The notes under the pieces are model-generated. The model did no database searches, had not been told where the DNA came from, and saw only the letters and a list, made by a program, of their open reading frames with translations. Shown here piece after piece: positions 44,387 to 54,706 of a stretch of 64,000 nt of DNA. Source of the DNA: an uncultured Rickettsiaceae bacterium (GTDB lineage Bacteria > Pseudomonadota > Alphaproteobacteria > Rickettsiales > Rickettsiaceae); contig CAYXTI010000016.1 in assembly GCA_964468495.1 (NCBI GenBank), positions 35,487 to 99,486 of the forward strand, given 5' to 3'. Position 1 is the stretch's first letter. Each line of letters begins with the position of its first letter. A program made the translations under genes and the position numbers.

Positions 44387-44959
44387 TAGATTCTCTATTT
44401 TAATTAAAGAAATTTATTGTAAAAAACAATATTTCTAAATAAAAGTATATAATATATATATCAATATTAATAATGTTTTTAATATAAAAGATAATATAAG
44501 AAAAAATAAAAGAATCGCTTTTTTCTGTTTTTAATTGAAATATAAGGTGGAATAATAAACTTATATTAACAACTAATCTATAACAAAAAATATAAAACAA
44601 TAGAAATACTAAAATTTTTCTTTTTCTATAAAAATCAACTAGTTAAAACTATACATAATATTTTCTGATATTATTATATATTTTAAGAGTAAATTCACAT
44701 AGTATAAAATAAATAAAAAAGATTTCTCTACTCATTTTTTATTAAAATTTTAGATATTTGTACAAATATTTTTAAAAATATGATAAAATCTAAACCATAA
44801 TCACCTAATCAATAAGCTGATCTTGTACATTTAATATTGTTATAAATTTTAGTCAATCAAAATCAATTTTCATGCATTTAGAAATAATAATATCTTTTAG
44901 CCAATTTATTCAAAAATTCTAGTATATTATTTAAAAAACCTTTTTTAGATTTTTAAGTT

Positions 44960-45898
44960 ATGAGTAAAGTAATTATAATATGTGGCCCAACTGCAAGTTT
45001 TAAAACTGCATTTGCTCATAAATTGGCTTTAAATATAAAAGGGGAGATTATTAATGCTGATTCTATGCAAATATATAAACAAATACCTATCATTACTGCT
45101 TCCCCTAGCTTAAGTTACAAAACAGAAATTATCTATCATTTATATAATTTTATTGACATCACTGAAAAATTATTTTTTGATCAATACATTAAGCTTTTTA
45201 CGTTAACTATTAATAATATAATAGGACGTAATAAAATTCCTATTATTGTAGGTGGGTGTGGATTATATATTAATTACCTTATATATGGTTATAATTATAT
45301 ACCTAAAATCAATAAATCAATTGTAAAATTATCTAAAGATTTACAACAAAAGTTAGGCCAAAATAAATTTTTTAAAGAACTTAGTATCCTTGATCCAGAT
45401 ATATGTAAAATTATTAATGCTAATGATAGTTATAGATCTCTTAGAGCATATGAAGTTATTAAACAAACAGGTATATCATTAAGAAAATACTATGATTTAC
45501 CACTTATAAAACCATTAAAACAGTTTGATATTAAAGTAATCTCTTTTTTTCCTGAAAGGCAGTTCCTTTATTCTATGTGTAATTTAAGATTTAAAACAAT
45601 GGTTAACTCTGGTGCCATCGAAGAAACAAAACAATTTTTATCTCTTCCATATAATTTCTCTTCAGCAAAAGCTTTAGGAATTCAAGAAATTATATCTTAT
45701 TTAAAAGGATCTATAAATATAGAACAAGTAATTACATTATCTACTAGAAAAACTAGACAGTATGCTAAAAGACAAATAACTTGGTTTTCAAATAAAGTAA
45801 AGGAGAAAGAGATAGTAAAATTTAATAGTTTATCTGACTATAACAAAATAAGCCAAAAATGGATAACTAACTTATCTAGTTTAGTAAATTCTAAATAA
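44960..45898 (+). CDS. miaA: tRNA dimethylallyltransferase
   Basis: 312 aa. IIICGPTASFKT P-loop, INADSMQIYKQIPIITA, VGGCGLY. Confidence 0.92.
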   Translation: MSKVIIICGPTASFKTAFAHKLALNIKGEIINADSMQIYKQIPIITASPSLSYKTEIIYHLYNFIDITEKLFFDQYIKLFTLTINNIIGRNKIPIIVGGCGLYINYLIYGYNYIPKINKSIVKLSKDLQQKLGQNKFFKELSILDPDICKIINANDSYRSLRAYEVIKQTGISLRKYYDLPLIKPLKQFDIKVISFFPERQFLYSMCNLRFKTMVNSGAIEETKQFLSLPYNFSSAKALGIQEIISYLKGSINIEQVITLSTRKTRQYAKRQITWFSNKVKEKEIVKFNSLSDYNKISQKWITNLSSLVNSK

Positions 45899-46399
45899 AA
45901 TAATACTAAAAGACTATTATTCTATATTCTTAAATTAAGACTAAATACAAAAATTTTATCTAATCAAACAACTTACATATATTGTATTACACCGAATTTG
46001 TTCTAAGGCTAATCTTTATTTACACAATTTTTTAGAATATTATAAATAAACCTACCAAGTATAAGAGTTTCTAGGTTAAAATTTTCTATACTTAATATTC
46101 CTCTAGAACGAACTAGCTCCTTTTTTCTTATTTCCTTTTCTTTTGCAGATAATTATCTAGCAATATACTAAGAAATTAGAAGAATTCTTTTCTTTATATT
46201 ACATACTACAATTGCAGTCTCTTTCAGATATATACCAAACATTAACTTTTTTGTATAACAACAATAATTCCGATAAGCACTAACATTAATAATAAAAAAT
46301 AATAAAATTTTATATAAATTCATACCTAATAAAACTTAATGCTTTTAATCAAAATTAACCTTATTAACATTAAAAACTAAAATAATTAATATTGTTTAA

Positions 46400-48730
46400 T
46401 TAAAATTCCATAGAAACAAATAAATTATTTTCTTTATCATAATTTTCTAATTTTATAGGAAAAGCAATCCCTATTTTAAATGGAATGGCAGTTAATATAT
46501 TAACTGCCATTCCAACAGAAGCCCTCATTGCATTACTATCATATATACTATCCCTTGTTAAAGTATCAGTATAATCTACTCCCCATAACGATCCTAAATC
46601 AACAAACAAACTTCCTGTTAATTTTAACCCCTGTTTATCTATTATAGGTAATATAAGCTCTGAAGAAATTGTATAATAATTTTTCCCCCCTAATAACTCT
46701 TCATCATTAGTTATAGGACCAAAATTTGTAAACCCTCGCAAACTATTATTAGTATTAATACTAAATCGATTAAAAAATTTTACTCTTTCCTCTTTTCCTA
46801 TTCCTCTAATACAACCTCCAGCAGCAGTCAACTTAAATACTAAATTATTATTAAACAAATTCCTGTAGTAGGTATACTTAGCAGTAAATTTATAATAGTT
46901 ATTATTTCCCCCTAGCACAGCAAAATTATTACTTAATACAGCTGAATGACTACTTTTTTGATCATTTTTTGAAAAAAGCAAATTATGATTTAAAGATGAA
47001 GTATAAAAAGTACCAAAATCTTCGTTAATCCATATAGAGAAAACATTATCTCTCTTACTAAAAACACGATTATATTCAAAACTATATCCTATTGATGAAC
47101 TAAACAAGTTATTAATTTGATAAATAATATCATTATTAACACTCCTAGCAATATTCTTATACTTATCACTAGTACTTGCTATATCCTCATTATATATATT
47201 ATCTCTATCCATATCAACACTTCCACTAATTCTCCATGCAAGTTGAGTATTAAAAATATTATTAAACAAACTAGACAAATGAATAGATGGAACTAATCCA
47301 TTGAATTTAGCTATAATGAACAAATCATTACCAGATCCCAAAAAGTTTAGACTATTCCAACTAATAGCACCACCAAACGATCCAGGATATGACCATGTAG
47401 CACCTAAACCTAAGCTTGTAGTACTAGCCTTTTCCTCAACTACAACATCAATATCATATAGATTATTATCTTGCTCATATGGAGTAAAATTAATAGACAC
47501 TCCATCAAAATATCTAGTAGATAAAATATTTTCTTTAACTCCTTTTATTTTATCTATAGATAATATATCTCCTTCTGCTAAAGGAATATAATTTCTAATG
47601 ACAGAATCCTTGGTTAAATTGTTTCCTGTTATATTAACTTTATTAATGTATGCTAAAGGCCTCTTATTAATTATTATCTTAATATTTAAATGATTTGGCT
47701 TTCTACAACTATAACTCTCATATGAAATATATAAATTAGAAAAACCTTTATTAGACAAATACCCATTAATATCAGCAACAATTTTTTCTATAACTGCTAT
47801 ATTAGCTTTTTGTCCATAACTTATAGGAATAAAACGATATAAATCTTTGGTATTGATAAAATTTAATTTACTTTCTATTTCTATATCAGCAAAATAATAA
47901 CATTGACCCTCATCAATTGAATAAATTAAAGCAAATCCTTCGTTTGACTTTAATAATTGAGAAGTAATAGAATTTACTTTAAAATCCATATAGCCACTTG
48001 TCTTATATAAGTTAGCTAAGAAAAAAGTATCTGTTTTTAATCTTAAAGGATTAAAAACACTATTTTCTGATCCAAAACCTAACACATTCACTTCTTTTGT
48101 CATTATAGTATTTTTTAATTCATCATTTGAATAAAAATTATTACCTATAAAATATATTTTTTTTACTAATATCTTTGGACCTTCTTTTATATCAAAAACT
48201 ACTTTAACCATATTGGTTTTTTCCACTTCAACTTTTACATCAACTTCAACAAAAATATAACCTAAATTGAGCTGATAGATTTGCTTTATTTTTTCACTCT
48301 CTATATTAAGTACGCCTCTATTTAATGGTCCACCAATATTAATAGATAACTCAGATAATATTTTCTCAGATTCAAAACTATCATTTCCTACAAATTCTAT
48401 TTTGCTAATAAATAAATTTTCAACTACGTTTACTTTTAAAATCCCTTGATTCAAATCTATTTTAACATTATCAAATAATTTAGTTGCGTATAATTTTTTA
48501 ATTGCATTATTCAGTACTCCTTCATCCACTTGATCTCCTACATTAATAGTTAAATATTCTTCTACAGTACTACTATGAATTAAAGAATTACCCTCAATAA
48601 TAACTTTTTTTATTATATGTAAATTATCATCTGCATAACTCACAGGTTTAAAGAAAACTACTAATATCAAAGAATAACATAATATGTTATATATTATACT
48701 ATTCACTAATAACTTTTTATTTAATATCAT
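46400..48730 (-). CDS. bamA: Outer membrane protein assembly factor BamA (Omp85)
   Basis: 776 aa. Signal peptide, repeated POTRA-like segments (IKKVIIEGN..., ISKIEFVGN..., VKKIYFIGN..., INKVNITGN...), C-terminal beta-barrel ending in F. Confidence 0.93.
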   Translation of the reverse strand: MILNKKLLVNSIIYNILCYSLILVVFFKPVSYADDNLHIIKKVIIEGNSLIHSSTVEEYLTINVGDQVDEGVLNNAIKKLYATKLFDNVKIDLNQGILKVNVVENLFISKIEFVGNDSFESEKILSELSINIGGPLNRGVLNIESEKIKQIYQLNLGYIFVEVDVKVEVEKTNMVKVVFDIKEGPKILVKKIYFIGNNFYSNDELKNTIMTKEVNVLGFGSENSVFNPLRLKTDTFFLANLYKTSGYMDFKVNSITSQLLKSNEGFALIYSIDEGQCYYFADIEIESKLNFINTKDLYRFIPISYGQKANIAVIEKIVADINGYLSNKGFSNLYISYESYSCRKPNHLNIKIIINKRPLAYINKVNITGNNLTKDSVIRNYIPLAEGDILSIDKIKGVKENILSTRYFDGVSINFTPYEQDNNLYDIDVVVEEKASTTSLGLGATWSYPGSFGGAISWNSLNFLGSGNDLFIIAKFNGLVPSIHLSSLFNNIFNTQLAWRISGSVDMDRDNIYNEDIASTSDKYKNIARSVNNDIIYQINNLFSSSIGYSFEYNRVFSKRDNVFSIWINEDFGTFYTSSLNHNLLFSKNDQKSSHSAVLSNNFAVLGGNNNYYKFTAKYTYYRNLFNNNLVFKLTAAGGCIRGIGKEERVKFFNRFSINTNNSLRGFTNFGPITNDEELLGGKNYYTISSELILPIIDKQGLKLTGSLFVDLGSLWGVDYTDTLTRDSIYDSNAMRASVGMAVNILTAIPFKIGIAFPIKLENYDKENNLFVSMEF

Positions 48731-49007
48731 AAGGAAACTACAAACAAGTTTTTTCTTTTAATAATTCTAAATTATCAACAGCTATATACCTACATAGATA
48801 TATACAAATACTTACAAATAAATGCAATAATTAAATAAATAAAGAACAAATATAAATTTTTATAATATCAGTAAAAAACCATTATTATTTATCTGTATAT
48901 ACTGTTATTATGTACCTTTAAATTTTACTAAATAAAATTTATTGAGTAAACGTAAGTAACAAATTAATAAGTACAAAACATTAGAGCATCATTCTAATAT
49001 TAAAATT

Positions 49008-49484
49008 ATGCAAATGCAATTAGCAAATAAATTAAATAATAAATCTATATCTAGAATTGCCACTATTCAAGCAATATACCAATTAGATAACTTAGAAGAT
49101 AAAGATAATATTAACCCAATTTTAAATCAGATTATCAGCTTTTATAAAGATCCTGACATTAATAATTATTACGATATTAGTGATGATAATTACATAAAAA
49201 TTAAACCAAGTTATATACATTTAAAAAGGCTATTTTTTTGCACAATTAATAATTTTAATAAAATTAATCAAATAATAGAATCGCATCGACAAAAAAAGAA
49301 TACTATAAACCAATTATTATATACTATTCTAAGAGTAGCTGTAGCAGAGATGATATTCCTTTCAACAAAACCACCTTGTCCTAAAACAGTTATAATTAAT
49401 GAATATACTAATATTGCTTATAACTTATTATTTGAGCATGAAATAGGCTTTGTTAATTCTTTATTAGATAAACTAAACAAATAA
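49008..49484 (+). CDS. nusB: Transcription antitermination factor NusB
   Basis: 158 aa. SRIATIQAIYQLD and LRVAVAEMIF motifs. Confidence 0.85.
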   Translation: MQMQLANKLNNKSISRIATIQAIYQLDNLEDKDNINPILNQIISFYKDPDINNYYDISDDNYIKIKPSYIHLKRLFFCTINNFNKINQIIESHRQKKNTINQLLYTILRVAVAEMIFLSTKPPCPKTVIINEYTNIAYNLLFEHEIGFVNSLLDKLNK

Positions 49485-49493
49485 ACTAATAAT

Positions 49494-50177
49494 ATGAATA
49501 ATAAGCTTAAAAAGCATAATAACAATTTTAGCAAGATAAAATTGGAAAAAAATCAAAAATTATCTTCTTATAATTGGCTTAATAGGCACTTAAATGATCC
49601 CTACGTTATAAAAGCAAAAGCAGAAAAATATAGATCTAGAGCGGCATATAAACTGATAGAAATAAATAATAAATTCAAAATTTTAAAACCTGGAATGACA
49701 ATAATTGATTTAGGAGCTGCCCCTGGTGGATGGAGCCAAGTTGCTTCTAAAGCAGTCAGAGCTAACAATACAAATTCTTTTCAAATTCTTGCCATTGATT
49801 TATTACCAATTAAAAAAATTACAGGTGTAAAATCATTATGCTTGGATTTTTTAAATCCTAATAGCCTAAGCACAATACAAGAAAATATTCCTCATAACCT
49901 AGTAGATGGGGTAATTAGTGATATGGCTGCAAATACAACAGGACATTTTACTACAGATTATATCAGAATTACAGACTTATGTTACCATAGTTTTATATTT
50001 GCAAATAATATTCTAAAACCAGGAGGAAATTTCATTACTAAAATTCTTAGAGGTGGAACTGAACATATAATACTAAAAGAAATAACAAAAAATTTTAAAC
50101 ATTTAAAACATTTTAAACCTAAATCAAGCAGAAAAGAGTCTAGTGAAATGTATTTAATAGCATTACAAAAACTATAA
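49494..50177 (+). CDS. rlmE: 23S rRNA (uridine2552-2'-O)-methyltransferase RlmE/FtsJ
   Basis: 227 aa. YRSRAAYKLIEIN, DLGAAPGGWSQV, VISDMAANTTG, KPKSSRKESSEMYL. Confidence 0.92.
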   Translation: MNNKLKKHNNNFSKIKLEKNQKLSSYNWLNRHLNDPYVIKAKAEKYRSRAAYKLIEINNKFKILKPGMTIIDLGAAPGGWSQVASKAVRANNTNSFQILAIDLLPIKKITGVKSLCLDFLNPNSLSTIQENIPHNLVDGVISDMAANTTGHFTTDYIRITDLCYHSFIFANNILKPGGNFITKILRGGTEHIILKEITKNFKHLKHFKPKSSRKESSEMYLIALQKL

Positions 50178-50214
50178 AATAATTATAAAAAAATCAATAA
50201 TATATTATATAGTT

Positions 50215-50505
50215 TTACTTTTCATCATTATTTAAATCATGTGATACTAATTCTGTTAAAGTCACACCTATTTTTTCTTCTACTATCACTATTTCTCCTT
50301 TAGCTACAATCTTATTATTAACATAAACATCTATAGGTTCCCCTATGCTTCTTTCAAGTTCTATTACAGCTCCTTTATTTAATTTTAATATATTACTTAA
50401 CGACATACTAGTACGCCCAAGAACTACTGATACCTGCACTGGTACAGCATATAATGATTCTAATGTTAATTCTGATCGTCTAGCTTTATCATCTTGTTCT
50501 GTCAT
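50215..50505 (-). CDS. fliN: Flagellar motor switch protein FliN (SpoA domain)
   Basis: 96 aa. VPVQVSVVLGRTSMSLSNILKLNKGAVIELERSIGEPIDVYVNNKIVAKGEIV. Confidence 0.9.
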   Translation of the reverse strand: MTEQDDKARRSELTLESLYAVPVQVSVVLGRTSMSLSNILKLNKGAVIELERSIGEPIDVYVNNKIVAKGEIVIVEEKIGVTLTELVSHDLNNDEK

Positions 50506-50532
50506 ATGATTTATACCTACCTTATTTATTTT

Positions 50533-51435
50533 TTATATTTTTAATTGATTTATTATTTCCTCTACTTCCTCTTTTACTCTCTGATGGTTATATAATAAAT
50601 AACTATCATTCCATTCTACTTTACAATCATTTTCATTCATACCACTATCTTCTTCAATTAAAAAATTATCCTTAAATTCATTTTTAATAATGTCAGATCT
50701 TAAAACCTTTTGACACAAATTAACCCTGTTAGGATGAATAATAATTTTTATAGAACCTTCTTTATAATAATTATTTAACTTATCTAACAACTCTTCATAA
50801 ATAATCTTTTCAAACTTTAAAGGGAAATCTAGGGATAATTTTCTAGATATAGTTAAAATTATTGTCCTAATCATATTCATCATTTGATCAGTTATCCTAT
50901 TATCATTAACTATTCCTTTTAATTTTTCCTCAAGAAGATTACAACATCTCTTATCACTCTCTAACTCTTCTCTTTTATATTTATATTGATTTTGTAAATC
51001 TTGCCTTACTTCCTCATAAATTTCCTGACGAATTTGGTCTTTTACTTTTTGATAGATTTCCTCTTGATTCTCTTTACTTAATTCTTTTACTTCCTCCTGA
51101 TTATCATTATTATTCTCATTAAATAATTCATTATTTATAATCTCAGCATCTTGAGCTACATCTTTTAATATTCTTTTACTCTCTTTTTTATATAAAATAG
51201 ATTCAGCATTCTGTACATTATTATAATCAATACACTCTTCTTTATCATTTTCAACAAAAATAGGATCATCTTCTATAGTATTATCACAATCATTCATTAT
51301 ATTACTTAAATGATTAACAATGGCTTCAGTAATAAATTTATTATCTTTTTCTACTTTTAATTTGTAAGCTGATTTTAAATGTATCACTGAATCTACAGAT
51401 AACTCTTCAAATATAAACTTTTTATATTCAGACAT
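50533..51435 (-). CDS. fliH: Flagellar assembly protein FliH (export ATPase regulator), divergent
   Basis: 300 aa between fliG and fliN. Central charged coiled coil. C-terminal IKIIIHPNRV...EDSGMNENDCKVEWNDSYLLYN fits the FliH C-domain pattern. Confidence 0.6.
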   Translation of the reverse strand: MSEYKKFIFEELSVDSVIHLKSAYKLKVEKDNKFITEAIVNHLSNIMNDCDNTIEDDPIFVENDKEECIDYNNVQNAESILYKKESKRILKDVAQDAEIINNELFNENNNDNQEEVKELSKENQEEIYQKVKDQIRQEIYEEVRQDLQNQYKYKREELESDKRCCNLLEEKLKGIVNDNRITDQMMNMIRTIILTISRKLSLDFPLKFEKIIYEELLDKLNNYYKEGSIKIIIHPNRVNLCQKVLRSDIIKNEFKDNFLIEEDSGMNENDCKVEWNDSYLLYNHQRVKEEVEEIINQLKI

Positions 51436-51623
51436 TTTTTATTCTATATTTATTCTGCAATTAATCTATATCAACATTTATTATTACTAACAAGTATTAT
51501 TTTGCATTGTACATACTAACTTATTACTATATTAACAAAAGTATTTTAAGTAGCCTCAATAAAAAATTTTTTAATATTAACAATCTAATGCTATTTACTA
51601 TCATCTTTCTTTCACAATAACCT

Positions 51624-52640
51624 TTATGCAATTAACTCATCATCACTGTCGTCACTAAAGTTTATATCTATTTCCCCTGCATCAATTAAACCTTTTGCTA
51701 TGATTACAATTTCTGATCTTGCTACATCCACATCTTTTGCTCTAACAGCACCAAGAATAGTTAAATCCTCTTCAATTATCTTAACAGCTCTTTGTGTCAT
51801 CCCTGAATAAATCATATTTTTTAAATCAGATGGACAACCTTTTAATGCTAATGTTAACCTAGATCGATCAATATCAGTTAATAAACGTTGCATGCCTTTT
51901 TTGCCTAACTTAATTAAATCATTAAATGTAAACATTTTATCTTTTATTTTATTTGCAGCATCTGGTATTTTTGTTTCTAACATAGCCATAAACTTACTTT
52001 CAGTATTACGATCTAAATTATTAAAAATCTCTGCTAACATCTCAAAACTATCATATGCCTGAGTTTTTCTAAAAGTAGTTATAAATTCAAGTCTTACAAC
52101 ATTTTCTACGCTCTCTAAAAACTCTTTTTTTACTGTTCCTAAATTTAGTAAACGCGAAACAACATCAAAAGCAAAAACATCCGGTAAATTAGCTAAAACT
52201 TTAGCTGCATGATCAGGATTAATTTTAGATAAAACCAAAGCTGCTGTTTGAGGATGCTCATTACTAAAATATAATGCTAATAACTCTTCATTAACATTTG
52301 AAAGTTTTTCCCAAGTATTTTTTCCCTGCGGACCTCTTATCTCTTCCATTAAAGATTGAACTTTATCTTTTTCTAATATAGTATTTAGAAGCTTCTCCGT
52401 AGTATATAAATTACCTAGAAAACTATTTGAATAAGACAAATCATCACTAACCTGGTTAATTACTTCTTCTATTAACTTTGCTTTCACTGGTCCTAATGTA
52501 GACATAGATCGAGAAATTTCCATGATCTCTTGCTCTGTCATTAATGAAAAAACCTTTGTTACATTATCCTGTGATAAAGATAATAATATAACCGCTACCT
52601 TTTCTCCCCCTGATAATTGTTCGATATCTTTCTCCGTCAT
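51624..52640 (-). CDS. fliG: Flagellar motor switch protein FliG
   Basis: 338 aa. LSGGEKVAVILLSL start. C-terminal MTQRAVKIIEEDL...VRAKDVDVARSEIV. Confidence 0.93.
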   Translation of the reverse strand: MTEKDIEQLSGGEKVAVILLSLSQDNVTKVFSLMTEQEIMEISRSMSTLGPVKAKLIEEVINQVSDDLSYSNSFLGNLYTTEKLLNTILEKDKVQSLMEEIRGPQGKNTWEKLSNVNEELLALYFSNEHPQTAALVLSKINPDHAAKVLANLPDVFAFDVVSRLLNLGTVKKEFLESVENVVRLEFITTFRKTQAYDSFEMLAEIFNNLDRNTESKFMAMLETKIPDAANKIKDKMFTFNDLIKLGKKGMQRLLTDIDRSRLTLALKGCPSDLKNMIYSGMTQRAVKIIEEDLTILGAVRAKDVDVARSEIVIIAKGLIDAGEIDINFSDDSDDELIA

Positions 52641-52664
52641 TATTATATACTTTTAATATAATTA

Positions 52665-54359
52665 TTATTTATAATAAAGCCATTTTTTTAACACGCCTAC
52701 CATATCCTGAAGCTGTTTTTCAGTAAGATCATTAATTTTTGTAATTGCTTCTCGAGCCTTATCTGCATCATCTTCTCCTACTACATTTAAATTAACTTTA
52801 CCTTCTTTCTGATAAAGCTGTTCTAAACCTAAATTATTATCCTTAGGTATATTTCTATTACTAGCTCTAGATAATATAGTATCATTTTTTTTACTATCTA
52901 CATCAATATCTGAGGAAGAGTTTTTAGGCCTTGATAAATTATTTTTTACATATGCTCTGATTTTACTACTTTGGAATAATTTGATCACTATTAAACGCAC
53001 TACAGTAATTAAAATAACCAAGGAGATAACTGCTATAATTAAGATTTCTATTATCTTTTTCCAATCCTGATTTGGCAAATATTTATCATCAAAATCTTCT
53101 ATGAAAGAAAAATCAGTAGCAAACTGCATGTTTACTACTTCTATTTGATCATTTCTTTTTTGATCGAATCCTACTACCATTTTAACTAAATTTTTTATTT
53201 TTTGTAACTCTTCTTCACTTCTTTCTTGATACTGCATTTCTCCAGTATCCTTATTTTTTACATATGTTCCATCCACTAATATTCCTATAGACATTTTAGT
53301 AATATTACCATTTTCTGATATATGGTTTTTTATTGTTTTAGATATTTCATAATTAGTTTGTTGTTCAGTTTTTTCAGTAACTATAAACCTGCCTTCTTGC
53401 TCAGTATTATAGCTACTTGATCCAGCTCCAGGAATATTATTGGCTACTGAAGAATCCATATTCTCTGATCCTGAAAAAGGTGTTTGCGCCACTTCTTCTA
53501 TAGAACTTATAGACCTCACAACTGAACTATCTGGATCATACAATTCAGAATTTGTAATAACACGATCAAAATTCATCTGTAACGAAACATGTGCCTTAAT
53601 CTTTCCCATTCCAAAAGCACGAGATAACAAGTCCTCTATTATCATTTTTAATCTATTTTCTGCCTCAATATTCATCTCTGTATTTTTACTATTAAACTCT
53701 TCTTCAGTTGATAATTTACCTACTTTTAATGCTTTTCCAGTAGTATCTACTATTGTAATATTACTCATTTCTAAATTAGGAACTGATGTTATAACAAGAT
53801 TACTAATTGCCTCAATCTCAGACTTACCTAATCTGCTATTACCTTTAAGTTTTAATACTATAGAAGCACGAGTTTCAGTTTTTTCTTTAGAAAAAATTTC
53901 CCTTTGTGGTATCACTAAATGCACTCTAGTCTTTTCTACTTTATTAAAGGCTGATATAGTTCTACTTAATTCTCCTTCTAAAGCACGTACTAACTTAATA
54001 TTTTGAGAAAAACTAGTTGCGCTTAAACTATCCTCATGATCAAATATTTCATATCCAATAACATTTCCAATTGATGGTATACCAGCCTGAGCTAATATTA
54101 CTCGAGCTTTCATTACATTATTCTTATTAACTCTAATAACTGTATTATCTTGTGATATATCATAACTAATATTATTATTATCTAACTCTTGAATAATTTT
54201 TATGCTTTCTTGAGGTTCTAAGGACGAATACAACACAGCATAATCATTATTATTTAATAAATAAACTACTAGTGCTAGTAATAGAGCCAGTATAACTACA
54301 ACAAAACCAACAATTTTTCCTACTCCTATCCCCTTTAAAAACTGAATAATACTCTGCAT
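52665..54359 (-). CDS. fliF: Flagellar M-ring protein FliF
   Basis: 564 aa. N-terminal TM, LVRALEGELSRTI, RVHLVIPQ, second TM near aa 430. Confidence 0.92.
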   Translation of the reverse strand: MQSIIQFLKGIGVGKIVGFVVVILALLLALVVYLLNNNDYAVLYSSLEPQESIKIIQELDNNNISYDISQDNTVIRVNKNNVMKARVILAQAGIPSIGNVIGYEIFDHEDSLSATSFSQNIKLVRALEGELSRTISAFNKVEKTRVHLVIPQREIFSKEKTETRASIVLKLKGNSRLGKSEIEAISNLVITSVPNLEMSNITIVDTTGKALKVGKLSTEEEFNSKNTEMNIEAENRLKMIIEDLLSRAFGMGKIKAHVSLQMNFDRVITNSELYDPDSSVVRSISSIEEVAQTPFSGSENMDSSVANNIPGAGSSSYNTEQEGRFIVTEKTEQQTNYEISKTIKNHISENGNITKMSIGILVDGTYVKNKDTGEMQYQERSEEELQKIKNLVKMVVGFDQKRNDQIEVVNMQFATDFSFIEDFDDKYLPNQDWKKIIEILIIAVISLVILITVVRLIVIKLFQSSKIRAYVKNNLSRPKNSSSDIDVDSKKNDTILSRASNRNIPKDNNLGLEQLYQKEGKVNLNVVGEDDADKAREAITKINDLTEKQLQDMVGVLKKWLYYK

Positions 54360-54404
54360 CTAATAAGATAACTTTTAGTTAAAATAAATAATCAACTATA
54401 ATCA

Positions 54405-54433
54405 TTAATATCCACTTAATTAAAATAAGTCAA
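54405..54433 (-). promoter_or_regulatory. Candidate sigma70-type promoter upstream of fliF
   Basis: The minus strand reads TTGACT, 17 nt, TATTAA. The -10 element ends about 45 nt before the fliF ATG. Such matches are easy to find in AT-rich DNA. Confidence 0.25.
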
Positions 54434-54706
54434 TCCTTTAAAATCGATTCAATATAAAAAATTTGAAAATACCTTAATTAATAACACTATATTTCTATAT
54501 TTTCTTAAAATTTTGTTGATATTTAACTTGATTATCGGTGATATATAATCAATTATTCATTATCAATTATCAAAAAATAATAAAATCTAAACTAACATAA
54601 TAAAGCTAAATTATAAATAATTTAAGTACCCTAATTATTGATATATTTATCTACCTATAATTACAATAGAGTTATTAATATATAAATTAAAATGCATATA
54701 ATATTT

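Noticed and set aside
44400-44600. 66-aa minus-strand ORF in the tlyC-miaA spacer.
   Set aside because: Extreme I/F/Y/N low-complexity translation typical of random AT-rich sequence. No RBS or motif.
47301-47591. 96-aa plus-strand ORF inside bamA.
   Set aside because: Antisense shadow ORF.
53440-54006. 188-aa ORF on the plus strand, antisense to fliF. This is surprisingly long for AT-rich DNA.
   Set aside because: It lies fully inside a well-supported fliF coding region in an offset antisense frame. In that frame, stops need Tyr, His or Gln codons preceded by particular third bases, and these residues are rare in this part of FliF. The translation is low-complexity, with no recognisable motif, start context or RBS.
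54360-54480. CtrA-type TTAA-N7-TTAAC box upstream of fliF.
   Set aside because: Only partial matches were found (for example TTAA-N7-TTAT very close to the ATG). TTAA is too frequent here for such a half-match to carry weight.
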